NCBI GenBank assembly: GCA_033664045.1
Contig: GCA_033664045.1_3674.1
Direction: 5' to 3' (one strand)
From: a phage
DNA: 64,000 nucleotides
In this document: piece by piece, positions 37,937 to 46,880 of the stretch
Layout: every line of letters starts with the position of its first letter
How positions within the stretch are numbered: position 1 is the stretch's first letter
The notes under the pieces: model-generated
Databases searched by the model: none
Seen by the model: only the letters and a program-made list of their open reading frames with translations
Told to the model about the DNA's origin: nothing
Translations under genes and position numbers: made by a program

Positions 37937-38926
37937 TTATTTAACGTGTTTGAAAATACCTGCCAACTCGGTCATTGTCATGCGGGTGGTCTTCATAAGG
38001 TCTGTCATAGCCTTCTCCATAATTGGAGATACTACCATAAAGTTACCCTTGGTGAAACCTTTATTCCAGTCGGTCACTAATAGTGGTTTAAGTCCGACCC
38101 CGAGACGCTCACCAGTTAAAGCACAACATTTTCGAATGTACGTGCTCTTAAATTGACTGAATGACAGATCAACTTTCATACCTGCATCGTAGAACGTCTG
38201 ACAATAGAAAGTGTAAGCTTTGGCAATCTCAACATCGTCAGGCAGTGCAGGAACCTCTTCTGTGAGCTCTTCTTCGTCCCCTTGAGGCTCTTTTTCCTCT
38301 TCGTAAGCCTGTTGCGCCACTTCTTTAATCTCCTCTGCTGCAGGCTCGTTTACAATGTCAGAAATGTGCTTGTTGGCTCCACGGTTAGCCATGAAGTTTT
38401 TAAAATCCTGCATTGGTGACATATCTTCCTCCCATTCTTCGTCAAAGAGTGCCAGTTTATCCTCTTCCGTCCCATATTGCAAGATGAAATCTTCAAAAGT
38501 GTAATCACCTTTCAATTTCTCCATGCGCTCTTCGCTCAGGTGGAGCATCATCTGCTGGACAATTTTTCGATCAGTTTTGTCTTTAATCAAGATTGCGGTC
38601 TTTTTATCTACCAGGCAGTCTTTCAGAGAGTTACACCTCAATCCTACCACACAACAGTTATCAATTGCGTAAGGACCTTCATCATCTATCCGCTCCAGAG
38701 ATGGGTAGAAAGGATTCCCCAGCCCGTTTTCATCTGTGTGCATGTCGAAAGGTATAAGGGTATAGTCGCATACCCCCTCTCCTAAAAGTTTTTTACCAAA
38801 TAGGAGGTATTCTTCCCATGACAGGTTGAACTCTATATCTCGTTTCCGTGCATTATTTTGTTTGCGTCTGTATTTTTTGAGCAGGCGCTCTAACTCTTCT
38901 GGTGTATAATATTTTTCAAGATTCAT
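37937..38926 (-). CDS. protein with two degenerate HNH-like (His-Me finger) motifs
   Basis: SLERIDDEGPYAIDNCCVVGLRCNSLK and LVTDWNKGFTKGNFMVVS resemble the C..CG...DRID..GY..NV...CN..K pattern; start placed at Met66 so the gene clears the divergent promoter region. Confidence 0.35.
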   Translation of the reverse strand: MNLEKYYTPEELERLLKKYRRKQNNARKRDIEFNLSWEEYLLFGKKLLGEGVCDYTLIPFDMHTDENGLGNPFYPSLERIDDEGPYAIDNCCVVGLRCNSLKDCLVDKKTAILIKDKTDRKIVQQMMLHLSEERMEKLKGDYTFEDFILQYGTEEDKLALFDEEWEEDMSPMQDFKNFMANRGANKHISDIVNEPAAEEIKEVAQQAYEEEKEPQGDEEELTEEVPALPDDVEIAKAYTFYCQTFYDAGMKVDLSFSQFKSTYIRKCCALTGERLGVGLKPLLVTDWNKGFTKGNFMVVSPIMEKAMTDLMKTTRMTMTELAGIFKHVK

Positions 38927-38957
38927 AAGTTGTCTCTTGTGCCCTGTAGGTGAAGAA

Positions 38958-38986
38958 ATCTTATCAAGTGCCTCGACAGATGTCAA
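38958..38986 (-). promoter_or_regulatory. sigma70-like promoter TTGACA-N17-TAAGAT with TGn (minus strand)
   Basis: Plus-strand tgtcaa at 38981-38986 and atctta at 38958-38963; drives the minus-strand cluster. Confidence 0.55.
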
Positions 38987-38999
38987 CCTCAAAAACGTG

Positions 39000-39028
39000 T
39001 TGACTTTACTATAAATCCACGATATAGT
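39000..39028 (+). promoter_or_regulatory. sigma70-like promoter TTGACT-N17-TATAGT
   Basis: Hexamers at 39000-39005 and 39023-39028; RBS AGGAG and ATG at 39069. Confidence 0.6.
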
Positions 39029-39068
39029 GCACCCATTCGAAAGAAAACGAACACAGGAGCACTTAATC

Positions 39069-39968
39069 ATGGCAAATCTTAACAGCTTTAGCACTCGGTG
39101 GAAACAAGATATCACAACCAATCTCTCAGCAGGTGATATCCTTTCTGCAATTTACGAGGCTTTGGATGATAAAGCTACTTCAAAATCGGTTTGTACCAAC
39201 CCGCTAATTCCTGTAGTAATGAAGGTTATTGAGCGTAGGCTGGTATCCGGATCTGATAAGTGGACATATCTGGATAATGGAGGCCACACTTACTCCAACG
39301 GCTATGTCGATATAAAAGTAGAATATGCGGTATCATATCGCCGGAGCGGCTCTGTAACTTTCAACTTCTCTGGTGGTTTCCGATCTCTGGCAACTTCACC
39401 TTTTGTTTCCTCAGAGGAGAAGTTTGAACTTCCGTTCCTTTGGATGATGGCTAACGCGACAGGCAAAACCCCTGTAAGCATTCGCGTAAAATACAACTAC
39501 AATGGATCTAGTAAGATCTATGCCGAGAGTGTCTCAGCAAGTTTTTATTTTGTGATGGGGGATGGAATCCTCAAACATATAAAGATGTGTGATATGCATG
39601 ATGTTATAAATGAAGTGACTGATAAGAATGTTCTGGTGAAGGATCTCAACAATTTTTATACACCGGGAGACTATTACGTCAACCGTCCACTGTGCATCTT
39701 TAATGCTGCACACCCTTTAGGTGAGTATTTGATTGCCAATAGTGATATTGCCAATAACCGCTTCGAGGTATCAAGAGTACAGAATGAGGTGTTGACATCT
39801 TGCAAGAGCGGTGATAAGTTTACCGAAGAAGAGATGGGTGTTTTAGAGATGATGGGATATAAGTGTAGCCTTTGGGTAGATGAGGTGTTTAATGACGGCA
39901 TCTATGGACAGGATATTTACCCGTTAAAGAAGTACACTGATTCCAGTTTAATTTACGCGGAGATTTGA
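39069..39968 (+). CDS. hypothetical early protein (about 300 aa)
   Basis: Track ORF trimmed to Met15, which has AGGAG upstream and lies downstream of the promoter. Confidence 0.5.
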   Translation: MANLNSFSTRWKQDITTNLSAGDILSAIYEALDDKATSKSVCTNPLIPVVMKVIERRLVSGSDKWTYLDNGGHTYSNGYVDIKVEYAVSYRRSGSVTFNFSGGFRSLATSPFVSSEEKFELPFLWMMANATGKTPVSIRVKYNYNGSSKIYAESVSASFYFVMGDGILKHIKMCDMHDVINEVTDKNVLVKDLNNFYTPGDYYVNRPLCIFNAAHPLGEYLIANSDIANNRFEVSRVQNEVLTSCKSGDKFTEEEMGVLEMMGYKCSLWVDEVFNDGIYGQDIYPLKKYTDSSLIYAEI

Positions 39969-39970
39969 CT

Positions 39971-40243
39971 ATGATGAAGTCATGTGGTAGTGTATATTAT
40001 GTTGGTGAGAATGTTCAGGCAGATAGTGTGTGGAAATCCATTAAGTCCACCACCGATGATGCCTTCTTGAGCGGGTTATGTTTCCCCAATCCCGGAGACA
40101 TTCTCCCTCACCCTGGGGATTTTGTTGTCAACAAGACGGACGGTTATACAGTGTGCCTGATGGTTGAAAAAATCTTTTTAGACACTAGACACAATCACCG
40201 TCTTGTGTTAAAATTTCAAGAATGTAAAATGACAATTGCCTAA
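39971..40243 (+). CDS. hypothetical protein
   Basis: ATG 3 nt after the upstream stop; GGAG about 10 nt upstream. Confidence 0.4.
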   Translation: MMKSCGSVYYVGENVQADSVWKSIKSTTDDAFLSGLCFPNPGDILPHPGDFVVNKTDGYTVCLMVEKIFLDTRHNHRLVLKFQECKMTIA

Positions 40244-40256
40244 GGAGGCCTTACCT

Positions 40257-40613
40257 ATGTCTAAAGTTACTTATCGTGCAGCTATTTACTGCAATGAGCA
40301 CCCAATCAATAATGATGGTCACTGCCTTTTTAAAGAAAATCAGTTGGGCTGCATTGTCCTCCCTGATGAAGGGGAAGGTTATCTGATTGCATTGACAGGG
40401 TTTGAGCCTGAAGCTCTGGAAGCCAATCTGGACTACCTGGTGGAAGAGGGTGCTGCAGACTTGGTTGCCAATGGCCTCTCTGTAAGCCTTGACGAAGTGG
40501 AGCGCTTCATGGGCAATTACCGTGTAGTGCGTGAGTTTACTATCGAGGTGGAAACTCCAGAGTGGGGTAGCACTGAAACTAATGCCGAAGAAAAAGAAGA
40601 GGAGGTAGAATAA
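40257..40613 (+). CDS. acidic small protein with poly-Glu C-terminus
   Basis: RBS AGGAGG; Asp/Glu-rich, ends EEKEEEVE. Confidence 0.45.
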   Translation: MSKVTYRAAIYCNEHPINNDGHCLFKENQLGCIVLPDEGEGYLIALTGFEPEALEANLDYLVEEGAADLVANGLSVSLDEVERFMGNYRVVREFTIEVETPEWGSTETNAEEKEEEVE

Positions 40614-40870
40614 TGAAAGTACAGATCTTGACTAATGCCGAGAAGATGTTTATTGAAGATACACCTTTTGAAGCTGGTGAGCTCCAGTTTGTTTATTTTG
40701 TTGACTTAGATAAGGTGTTTCCTGCACTGAATCTGGGTCTGGATGAAGTTCCTCATAAGGTTTTGTGTCAAGTTGTTCGTGCCTTAGCGGCAGATGGAGA
40801 GTTCCACACCCTTCAAGATATCCAGACCTACGGGTATCTTGAACTACAACGAGAAGAAGAGGTGAACTGA
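40613..40870 (+). CDS. acidic small protein
   Basis: TAATG-coupled; RBS GAGGAGG. Confidence 0.45.
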   Translation: MKVQILTNAEKMFIEDTPFEAGELQFVYFVDLDKVFPALNLGLDEVPHKVLCQVVRALAADGEFHTLQDIQTYGYLELQREEEVN

Positions 40871-40872
40871 TA

Positions 40873-41253
40873 ATGGCCCGGTGGAAGACAACAGTTGACC
40901 TGCATGATCAGTGGTTAGGACGCATCACTGAAGACGGGAAACTAGCGGAGTGGGACAATAAGCATGTTAGCGAGTTGGCAAGCATTGTGGCTGGCAAGTT
41001 ACGCTCCAAGTTCCCTGAACAACTGAATCCTGATAGTTCAAAGTTCGATCCTGAGTTGGAGGATGTTGTATACTACTTCGATACCGTGGATGACTACGAT
41101 GCGTGGCTTGCAGCACGGGAGCTTTACCCACAAGGCTCTGCTATGCGCCAGATGGAAGAAGATTATCCTCCGTGCGAGCAATTTAATAGCGCAATGACTT
41201 GCCTCTACGATTGGGCAGATAAGAACCTTGTCTGGATTCGGACTGCATTCTAG
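40873..41253 (+). CDS. acidic hypothetical protein
   Basis: RBS GAGGTG; Asp/Glu-rich. Confidence 0.45.
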   Translation: MARWKTTVDLHDQWLGRITEDGKLAEWDNKHVSELASIVAGKLRSKFPEQLNPDSSKFDPELEDVVYYFDTVDDYDAWLAARELYPQGSAMRQMEEDYPPCEQFNSAMTCLYDWADKNLVWIRTAF

Positions 41254-41268
41254 CAGGCGGTGGCAAGG

Positions 41269-41562
41269 ATGCCACTTAAAAGAGTAATGAACATGTTATA
41301 CCAGAAACACGAACTTTGTGCAGAAAAAGAGTTAAATTTTGACAAAGTTATCCACAGATATTGTTATGGAAAAACCGGAAGACAACTAAGAAGATGCACT
41401 CCAGCATTCTTTCACCCCAGCAGGCGGCTAAGTCCTGAAGAGGCGACAGCAGAAAGGGTTGCATACAACTGGGAAGTTGTGTACGATATTGACAGATCCG
41501 ATGTGACATCTGTTTTGGAAAACTTTGAAAACACTTACACACAAGTAGAGGACTTTTACTAA
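41269..41562 (+). CDS. hypothetical protein
   Basis: Track GTG start trimmed to the ATG at 41269. Confidence 0.4.
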   Translation: MPLKRVMNMLYQKHELCAEKELNFDKVIHRYCYGKTGRQLRRCTPAFFHPSRRLSPEEATAERVAYNWEVVYDIDRSDVTSVLENFENTYTQVEDFY

Positions 41563-42746
41563 TGTCAAGAAACGTATTTGAAAGTGGTCAAATCACTGTC
41601 CGTGAGTTGCCAGCTATCATTCAGTTCGCCCAGCGTCATAACCGATCTGTCCTGATTTTAGGACCAATGGGCGTGGGTAAGAGCCAGGTGATGAAGCAGA
41701 TTGCAGATAATATGTTCGGTGAGCGAGATGACAACCTGGTTGACGTGCGACTGTCAGATAAAGATCCTGCTGACTTATCTGGGCTACCTATCCCTGTAGA
41801 AGCGGATGGAACTACACGTACAGTGTTTGCAATTCCAGAATTTTGGCCTGCAGATCCGGACTGGAGCGGAATTATCTTTCTAGATGAGCTTACCCATGCA
41901 GATAATTACCTGCAGAAGGTTGCAATGCAAATTATGCTCGACCACAAGTGCGGCACTTATGCATTCCCTAAGGGCTCTGTTTTTGTAGCTGCAGGTAACC
42001 GTTCTACAGATGGTGCTGTTCTTTCAGCGCTTGAAGCACCTCTGGCTAACCGCTTTATCATTGTAGAGGTTACAAGCAATGCAGAGGTGTTTATTGAGGA
42101 CTATGCATTCCTCAACGGGGTGCACTCCTCTGTAATTGGGTATTTGAAAAGAGTTCCATCAGCTATCGATAATTATGAGGCTATGGCTGAGATTAATTGT
42201 CCATCTTTTGCCACACCGCGATCTTGGGTTGCTGCATCTGATATCTTGCACGATTTTGACAGCGGTATTATTTCTGACGCTATGGCCCGTGTTCTTCTGC
42301 AAGGTGCTATTGGTCACACTGCAGCGGTAGAGATCTGGACTTACCACACCAAAAAACGCAACTTACCGGAAATCGGTCGGATTATGGCAGGAGGTTGCAA
42401 AGAATACGTAGGTCCTAAACAGCCAGACATCTTGTGGATTCTTGGATCTGAAGGTTGTATCGCTATTCGTAATATGATGGAAAATGCAAGTATCTCCGAC
42501 GAAGATCTTGTTAGCTGTGTGGCAAACTTCCTCGATTTCCTTTGGGAAAATTTCAAGGACGAGAACCGAGATTTTGTATTCTCAGTCTTTATGGCGATGA
42601 TGAAACCTAATGCCTTAGGAAATGCCTTGCTTATCGGTAAAGGGCGTGACAAGATTGTTGCTCAGCTGATCAAAGCATACCCAAACCTGATGAAGATTGT
42701 AAAAGAGTTTGGTGAAGAGTTTAGCGCCATTTTGGCTAAAGCTTGA
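41562..42746 (+). CDS. MoxR-like AAA+ ATPase (AAA_5/CobS-like)
   Basis: Walker A GPMGVGKS, Walker B IIFLDELTHAD, sensor region AAGNRSTDG. Confidence 0.7.
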   Translation: MSRNVFESGQITVRELPAIIQFAQRHNRSVLILGPMGVGKSQVMKQIADNMFGERDDNLVDVRLSDKDPADLSGLPIPVEADGTTRTVFAIPEFWPADPDWSGIIFLDELTHADNYLQKVAMQIMLDHKCGTYAFPKGSVFVAAGNRSTDGAVLSALEAPLANRFIIVEVTSNAEVFIEDYAFLNGVHSSVIGYLKRVPSAIDNYEAMAEINCPSFATPRSWVAASDILHDFDSGIISDAMARVLLQGAIGHTAAVEIWTYHTKKRNLPEIGRIMAGGCKEYVGPKQPDILWILGSEGCIAIRNMMENASISDEDLVSCVANFLDFLWENFKDENRDFVFSVFMAMMKPNALGNALLIGKGRDKIVAQLIKAYPNLMKIVKEFGEEFSAILAKA

Positions 42747-42755
42747 GGAGGTTGT

Positions 42756-43136
42756 ATGGCTAAAGTAGGTAAGCGGGGAAACTACTTGGTAGTATTGACC
42801 GAGGAGCCGGAGAAGGAGTACGAATGCAGCTCCACTTGCGTGATCGATATCCGAGAAAAAGATGTAGATGAAATCTGGTTTGAAATATTAGATGCTTGCG
42901 ACAGCAGTGATTATTTCTTCATCTATGTCAACGATAAAGCTGGGTTCTTCCATGACGACGGAGAGTTGCCGTATGAAATCTATGAACTTGTAGAGGCTTG
43001 CCATCGTGGAGATGCGGAGTTGTTTGGCTTACGGCTGAAAAGCGGTAAATTCTTCTATCAAGATGAGTGCATGAATCTTCATAACTTTGTAGAGGGAACT
43101 TGCAACGATGGAGAGATTTTGGCACACTACGATTAA
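42756..43136 (+). CDS. acidic Cys-containing hypothetical protein
   Basis: RBS GAGGAGG. Confidence 0.45.
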   Translation: MAKVGKRGNYLVVLTEEPEKEYECSSTCVIDIREKDVDEIWFEILDACDSSDYFFIYVNDKAGFFHDDGELPYEIYELVEACHRGDAELFGLRLKSGKFFYQDECMNLHNFVEGTCNDGEILAHYD

Positions 43137-43148
43137 TTTCTAAGACCA

Positions 43149-43175
43149 CCCCGCTTCGGCGGGGATTTTCTATTT
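43149..43175 (+). terminator. rho-independent terminator with TTCG tetraloop
   Basis: ccccgcTTCGgcgggg followed by attttctattt; same hairpin type as at 11499 and 17006. Confidence 0.7.
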
Positions 43176-43184
43176 GGAGTTATT

Positions 43185-43685
43185 GTGAAAATTAAGATCT
43201 TTGCTATTATTTTGAGCGCATTTTTATCGCTGCCTGTTGTTGCAGCACCAAAACAAAAAGTATACCATACTTGCAAGCCATCAGATACTAAGGAAAACAT
43301 TCTAGCATGCAATATCTACAGGGAAGCTAGAGGGGATGGCACGATGGGTATGCTGGCATCTGGGTTTGCCACATTAAACAGGAAATCTCACCCTAAATAC
43401 CCAGACACTATAAGAAAGATTGTCTACCAGCCTAACCAGTTTTCGTGGACAAACCACGGCAAAACTTTTAAGGTGACAGAAAAAGATTCATGGGATCACG
43501 CTAAAAGTCTTGCAAAGATGCTTCTAAAGGTCTACAATAACAACCATGTTGCATACATGGCTATGGACATAACAGGTGGAGCAACACACTACCATACAAC
43601 CAAAGTACGACCGAAATGGGCAAAAAAGATGCAGAGGACAGCTCAATTCGGGAGTCATATCTACTACAAGGAGCGCAATAAATGA
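43185..43685 (+). CDS. SleB-like cell-wall hydrolase with N-terminal signal peptide (candidate exported endolysin)
   Basis: GTG start; signal-like N-terminus KIKIFAIILSAFLSLPVVAAP; Hydrolase_2 signature CNIYREARGDG...ATLNR. Confidence 0.6.
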   Translation: MKIKIFAIILSAFLSLPVVAAPKQKVYHTCKPSDTKENILACNIYREARGDGTMGMLASGFATLNRKSHPKYPDTIRKIVYQPNQFSWTNHGKTFKVTEKDSWDHAKSLAKMLLKVYNNNHVAYMAMDITGGATHYHTTKVRPKWAKKMQRTAQFGSHIYYKERNK

Positions 43686-45664
43686 TTGTAAACAGTAATG
43701 AAACTAAAGCAGTACTAACCGGAAATATGGAGGTCACCAGGGGCTCAATTTCTCTGAACAAAGAGACTTTTGGGCTAATCATTAAAGGGATTTACGAAGA
43801 TAAGGTGCTGGCAAGCTGCCGTGAACCAATCTTCAATGCTGTGGACTCTCATGTTGAGTCTGGACGGAGTGATGTACCGATCATCATTCACTCTCCTACA
43901 GACCTTGAACCATACTTCTTTGTGCAGGACGTTGGATTGGGCATGTCAGAAGAGATGGTCCGCAACACGTTCATGAACCTTGGAGAGTCAACCAAACGCA
44001 ACAGCAACGCCCTGGTAGGTAATAAAGGTGTTGGCTCAAAGGCTCCGTTCAGCATGGTGGACACTTTCGATGTTATCAGTGTGCACAATGGTGTTGAAAG
44101 CACATATCTATTGTTCTTGGATCAGGGTATCCCAAACGTTACCAAGATCCGAGAGCGGAAGACTGAAGAGCACAACGGGGTAAAAGTTCAGTTCCATGTT
44201 AAGAAAGAGCATGTCCTGAAATATCGCACCGCTATTGCATCATGCCTACGCTATGCAAAATTCCCGTTCACCGTCACTGATCCGATGACGAGCAAGATGC
44301 TAGAGGGTGACAAGGTAGAGGCGCAATACTATTACGAAAAAGATGGTTGGAAGATGACCATCTTGAAGGGCTATACCAGCTCTGACGAGAGTCGTGTGGT
44401 AATGGGCCACCAACCTTACCGCTCTAAGTTCCTGGAGACATTGACCGATTACCCTGCAATCTGCGTGGAAATTCCTATTGGGGATTGCAATATTAACCCT
44501 GGGCGTGAATGGACCATAGAGGGCCATGACGACGGTGGATTCCAGGATCGCCTGGAGGCCTTTGTCAAAGAAGGTATACGTCTTCGCGGGGCAGAAGTTG
44601 TTGCAGAACTGGAGACGGCAAAAACCTCCGCAGAAGCACGTGAGATGATGAAGAACAGTGGAGTGTTCGGGCACATCTTCGGTAAGAATTTTATGTGGGA
44701 CCGATGGGAAGAGACAGGACTAGGAAGTTTGGGAGATTGTGAGATCTTCGCTGGAGGCTTAAATAAAGGCCGCATAGGTTACGCTTGTTACGGAAAGGTA
44801 GAATTCTTACGGGGAGTCTATTTAGTATTTAACGACGGAGACGGCAAATATAACCGAAATAAGTGTAACTACTTAAGCGAGATCACCGGACGCAACGTTT
44901 TCTATTGCCGTAACACGGATCTGGTGAAAGAGTTTAAAGAGGCGGCACACCATCCGTTCTTTGCAGATACGGTAAAATTGTTATCAGAGCTACCTCGCCG
45001 ACCTGCGAAGAAAGGTGAAACAAAAACTCATTATGAGCCAGGTTATTGGGTTAAAAAACTTGAGAAGGATGGTTACTTCCGTCGTGAGCGTATTACTAAG
45101 GCAGAGTTCAAGAAGATTAAGCACTGCATTCCTTATGAGGGTGATATCCAACGTGGAAGTTGTTGGCTGGGACAGCTGAGTAACATCTACCAGCAAAATT
45201 ATGATCGTGTGCGTGCGGCACTCCAGATTCCTGAAGGGGAAGATCTGTACCTGGTATCAGAATCCCGTCTGCTTTGGACTGATCCTGATTGCCAGTATGT
45301 TACAGAGAAAAATGTGGAACATTTGTTGAAAGAGGACGCCTGGAAATTCTTACTGACTCGCGCAGCAAATGAAACTTCATATGACAGCCTGTATAGACAA
45401 TTAGGGAAAATTATCCCCATGCAAGATTTTGGAAATTATCGGCCACATTTCCACAAGTGGGAAGGTAACACCGCGTGGAAGCACAGTGAGCTAAATCATC
45501 GTGCCAAAATCTTAATCGCCAACCGAGTCAAGTGCGGGAAGGCCTATATTGCAAGATTGGAAAAGAAATACCCACTTTTGAAGCATGTAGGCTTGAAATA
45601 TTGGGACACTCCTGCTATGATTGAATACCGTGAACTGATCGATACAAAGAATAACATCAAATAA
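43682..45664 (+). CDS. rIIA: rIIA-like protein (N-terminal GHKL-type ATPase fold)
   Basis: N-box-like IFNAVDS, G1-like FVQDVGLGMS, G2-like GNKGVGSKAPFS; colinear with T4 rIIA as I recall it. Confidence 0.6.
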   Translation: MIVNSNETKAVLTGNMEVTRGSISLNKETFGLIIKGIYEDKVLASCREPIFNAVDSHVESGRSDVPIIIHSPTDLEPYFFVQDVGLGMSEEMVRNTFMNLGESTKRNSNALVGNKGVGSKAPFSMVDTFDVISVHNGVESTYLLFLDQGIPNVTKIRERKTEEHNGVKVQFHVKKEHVLKYRTAIASCLRYAKFPFTVTDPMTSKMLEGDKVEAQYYYEKDGWKMTILKGYTSSDESRVVMGHQPYRSKFLETLTDYPAICVEIPIGDCNINPGREWTIEGHDDGGFQDRLEAFVKEGIRLRGAEVVAELETAKTSAEAREMMKNSGVFGHIFGKNFMWDRWEETGLGSLGDCEIFAGGLNKGRIGYACYGKVEFLRGVYLVFNDGDGKYNRNKCNYLSEITGRNVFYCRNTDLVKEFKEAAHHPFFADTVKLLSELPRRPAKKGETKTHYEPGYWVKKLEKDGYFRRERITKAEFKKIKHCIPYEGDIQRGSCWLGQLSNIYQQNYDRVRAALQIPEGEDLYLVSESRLLWTDPDCQYVTEKNVEHLLKEDAWKFLLTRAANETSYDSLYRQLGKIIPMQDFGNYRPHFHKWEGNTAWKHSELNHRAKILIANRVKCGKAYIARLEKKYPLLKHVGLKYWDTPAMIEYRELIDTKNNIK

Positions 45665-45674
45665 GGAGACCAAG

Positions 45675-46880
45675 ATGATTTTCATCTACGAACATTTCAA
45701 AACCCGTAAAGAAGCACGAGACCGCCGTGCAGAACTGGAGAAAAAGGGTTTCACATGTGCCATTGAGAAAGGCGACACAACCTGGACACTGGCAGTGGGT
45801 GCCCCAGAGTTGTTCGATCCTGACCGTGACAGCGTCTGCTACACCCGTGAGGATTTTGAAACCCGCGAAGAGGCCCGTTTATTTCGATATGGTCTGGAAG
45901 ATAACGGCAAGTACGCTATGATCTTAGATTTAGGCGAAGGTTCCGTTAAACGTTGGGGCGTGGTATATCCCCTGTGTGTTGTTCACGGTGTGGGGTTCAC
46001 TGGGGTGGCAATCAAGTCAGAAGAACCTTTAGTAGAAGTCAAAGATCCGGTGCTGGAGGTGGTGAGCAGTGTGTCTCAGCAACAGACTCGAAGCATCGAG
46101 CCTTTGGTAGTTATTTGTGGGGAACTCCTCCAGATCACCTGCAACGAAGGTATTTTTGAAATTCGCCGCAGTGAAAGTGAGGAAGTTTACCAGAAAGTCT
46201 TCGACCATATCTCTGTTCAGGAATATGATGAGGCAATTGGTGAAATCCTTGTCTGGCTGGAACGCAAGAATGAGTTCACCACACTTGCAGACAACCTGAT
46301 CATGAAAGATGGTAAGCTCTACTACTACGGTGTAGAGATGCGATCCACCATTGCAAAGAAAATTGAGAAAGACTATGCAGACGGAACACTGGATGACCGC
46401 TATGTGAAATTCCTCGTTCGCCTGCTACGCAATCCTTCTGCAAAATCTGTAAACATGCTCTACGATTTTATGCAGGCCAACGATATCCAGATTGCAGAAG
46501 ATGGTCGAATCGTTTGCTACAAAGGTGTTCAGTTTAACGGCAGCAAGTGGGTGGATTGGCACAGTGGTAAAGTTCCACAATACCAGGGTGCTTTTGTATC
46601 CATGCCTCGTAACTTTGTAGAGGATGATCCGGAAGCTGCGTGCTCCTATGGCTTACACTGCGCCAGCAAAGAGTATGCAAAAAGCTACGGCACTGTAATG
46701 ACTGTTATGGTTGACCCTGCAGATGTGGTTAGTGTGCCATACCAACACAATAGCGCCAAGTGCCGTGCATGCCGCTATGAGATTGTGGTAGCTCCGGAAG
46801 CACGCAAGGACGGAGACCCGATTGAATACGTGGTTGACAGAGATGGTAACACTATCGACATTCTTTACGAGGAGGTGTAA
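45675..46880 (+). CDS. rIIB: rIIB-like protein
   Basis: Immediately downstream of the rIIA-like gene; C-terminal pattern MPRNFVEDD...GLHCASKEY...VVSVPY...AKCRACRYE resembles rIIB from memory. Confidence 0.5.
   Translation: MIFIYEHFKTRKEARDRRAELEKKGFTCAIEKGDTTWTLAVGAPELFDPDRDSVCYTREDFETREEARLFRYGLEDNGKYAMILDLGEGSVKRWGVVYPLCVVHGVGFTGVAIKSEEPLVEVKDPVLEVVSSVSQQQTRSIEPLVVICGELLQITCNEGIFEIRRSESEEVYQKVFDHISVQEYDEAIGEILVWLERKNEFTTLADNLIMKDGKLYYYGVEMRSTIAKKIEKDYADGTLDDRYVKFLVRLLRNPSAKSVNMLYDFMQANDIQIAEDGRIVCYKGVQFNGSKWVDWHSGKVPQYQGAFVSMPRNFVEDDPEAACSYGLHCASKEYAKSYGTVMTVMVDPADVVSVPYQHNSAKCRACRYEIVVAPEARKDGDPIEYVVDRDGNTIDILYEEV

Noticed and set aside
32229-38926. Lysogeny module (integrase/repressor) in the minus-strand cluster
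   Set aside because: No tyrosine or serine recombinase motifs and no helix-turn-helix repressor recognised; the promoter architecture looks like a lytic early region.
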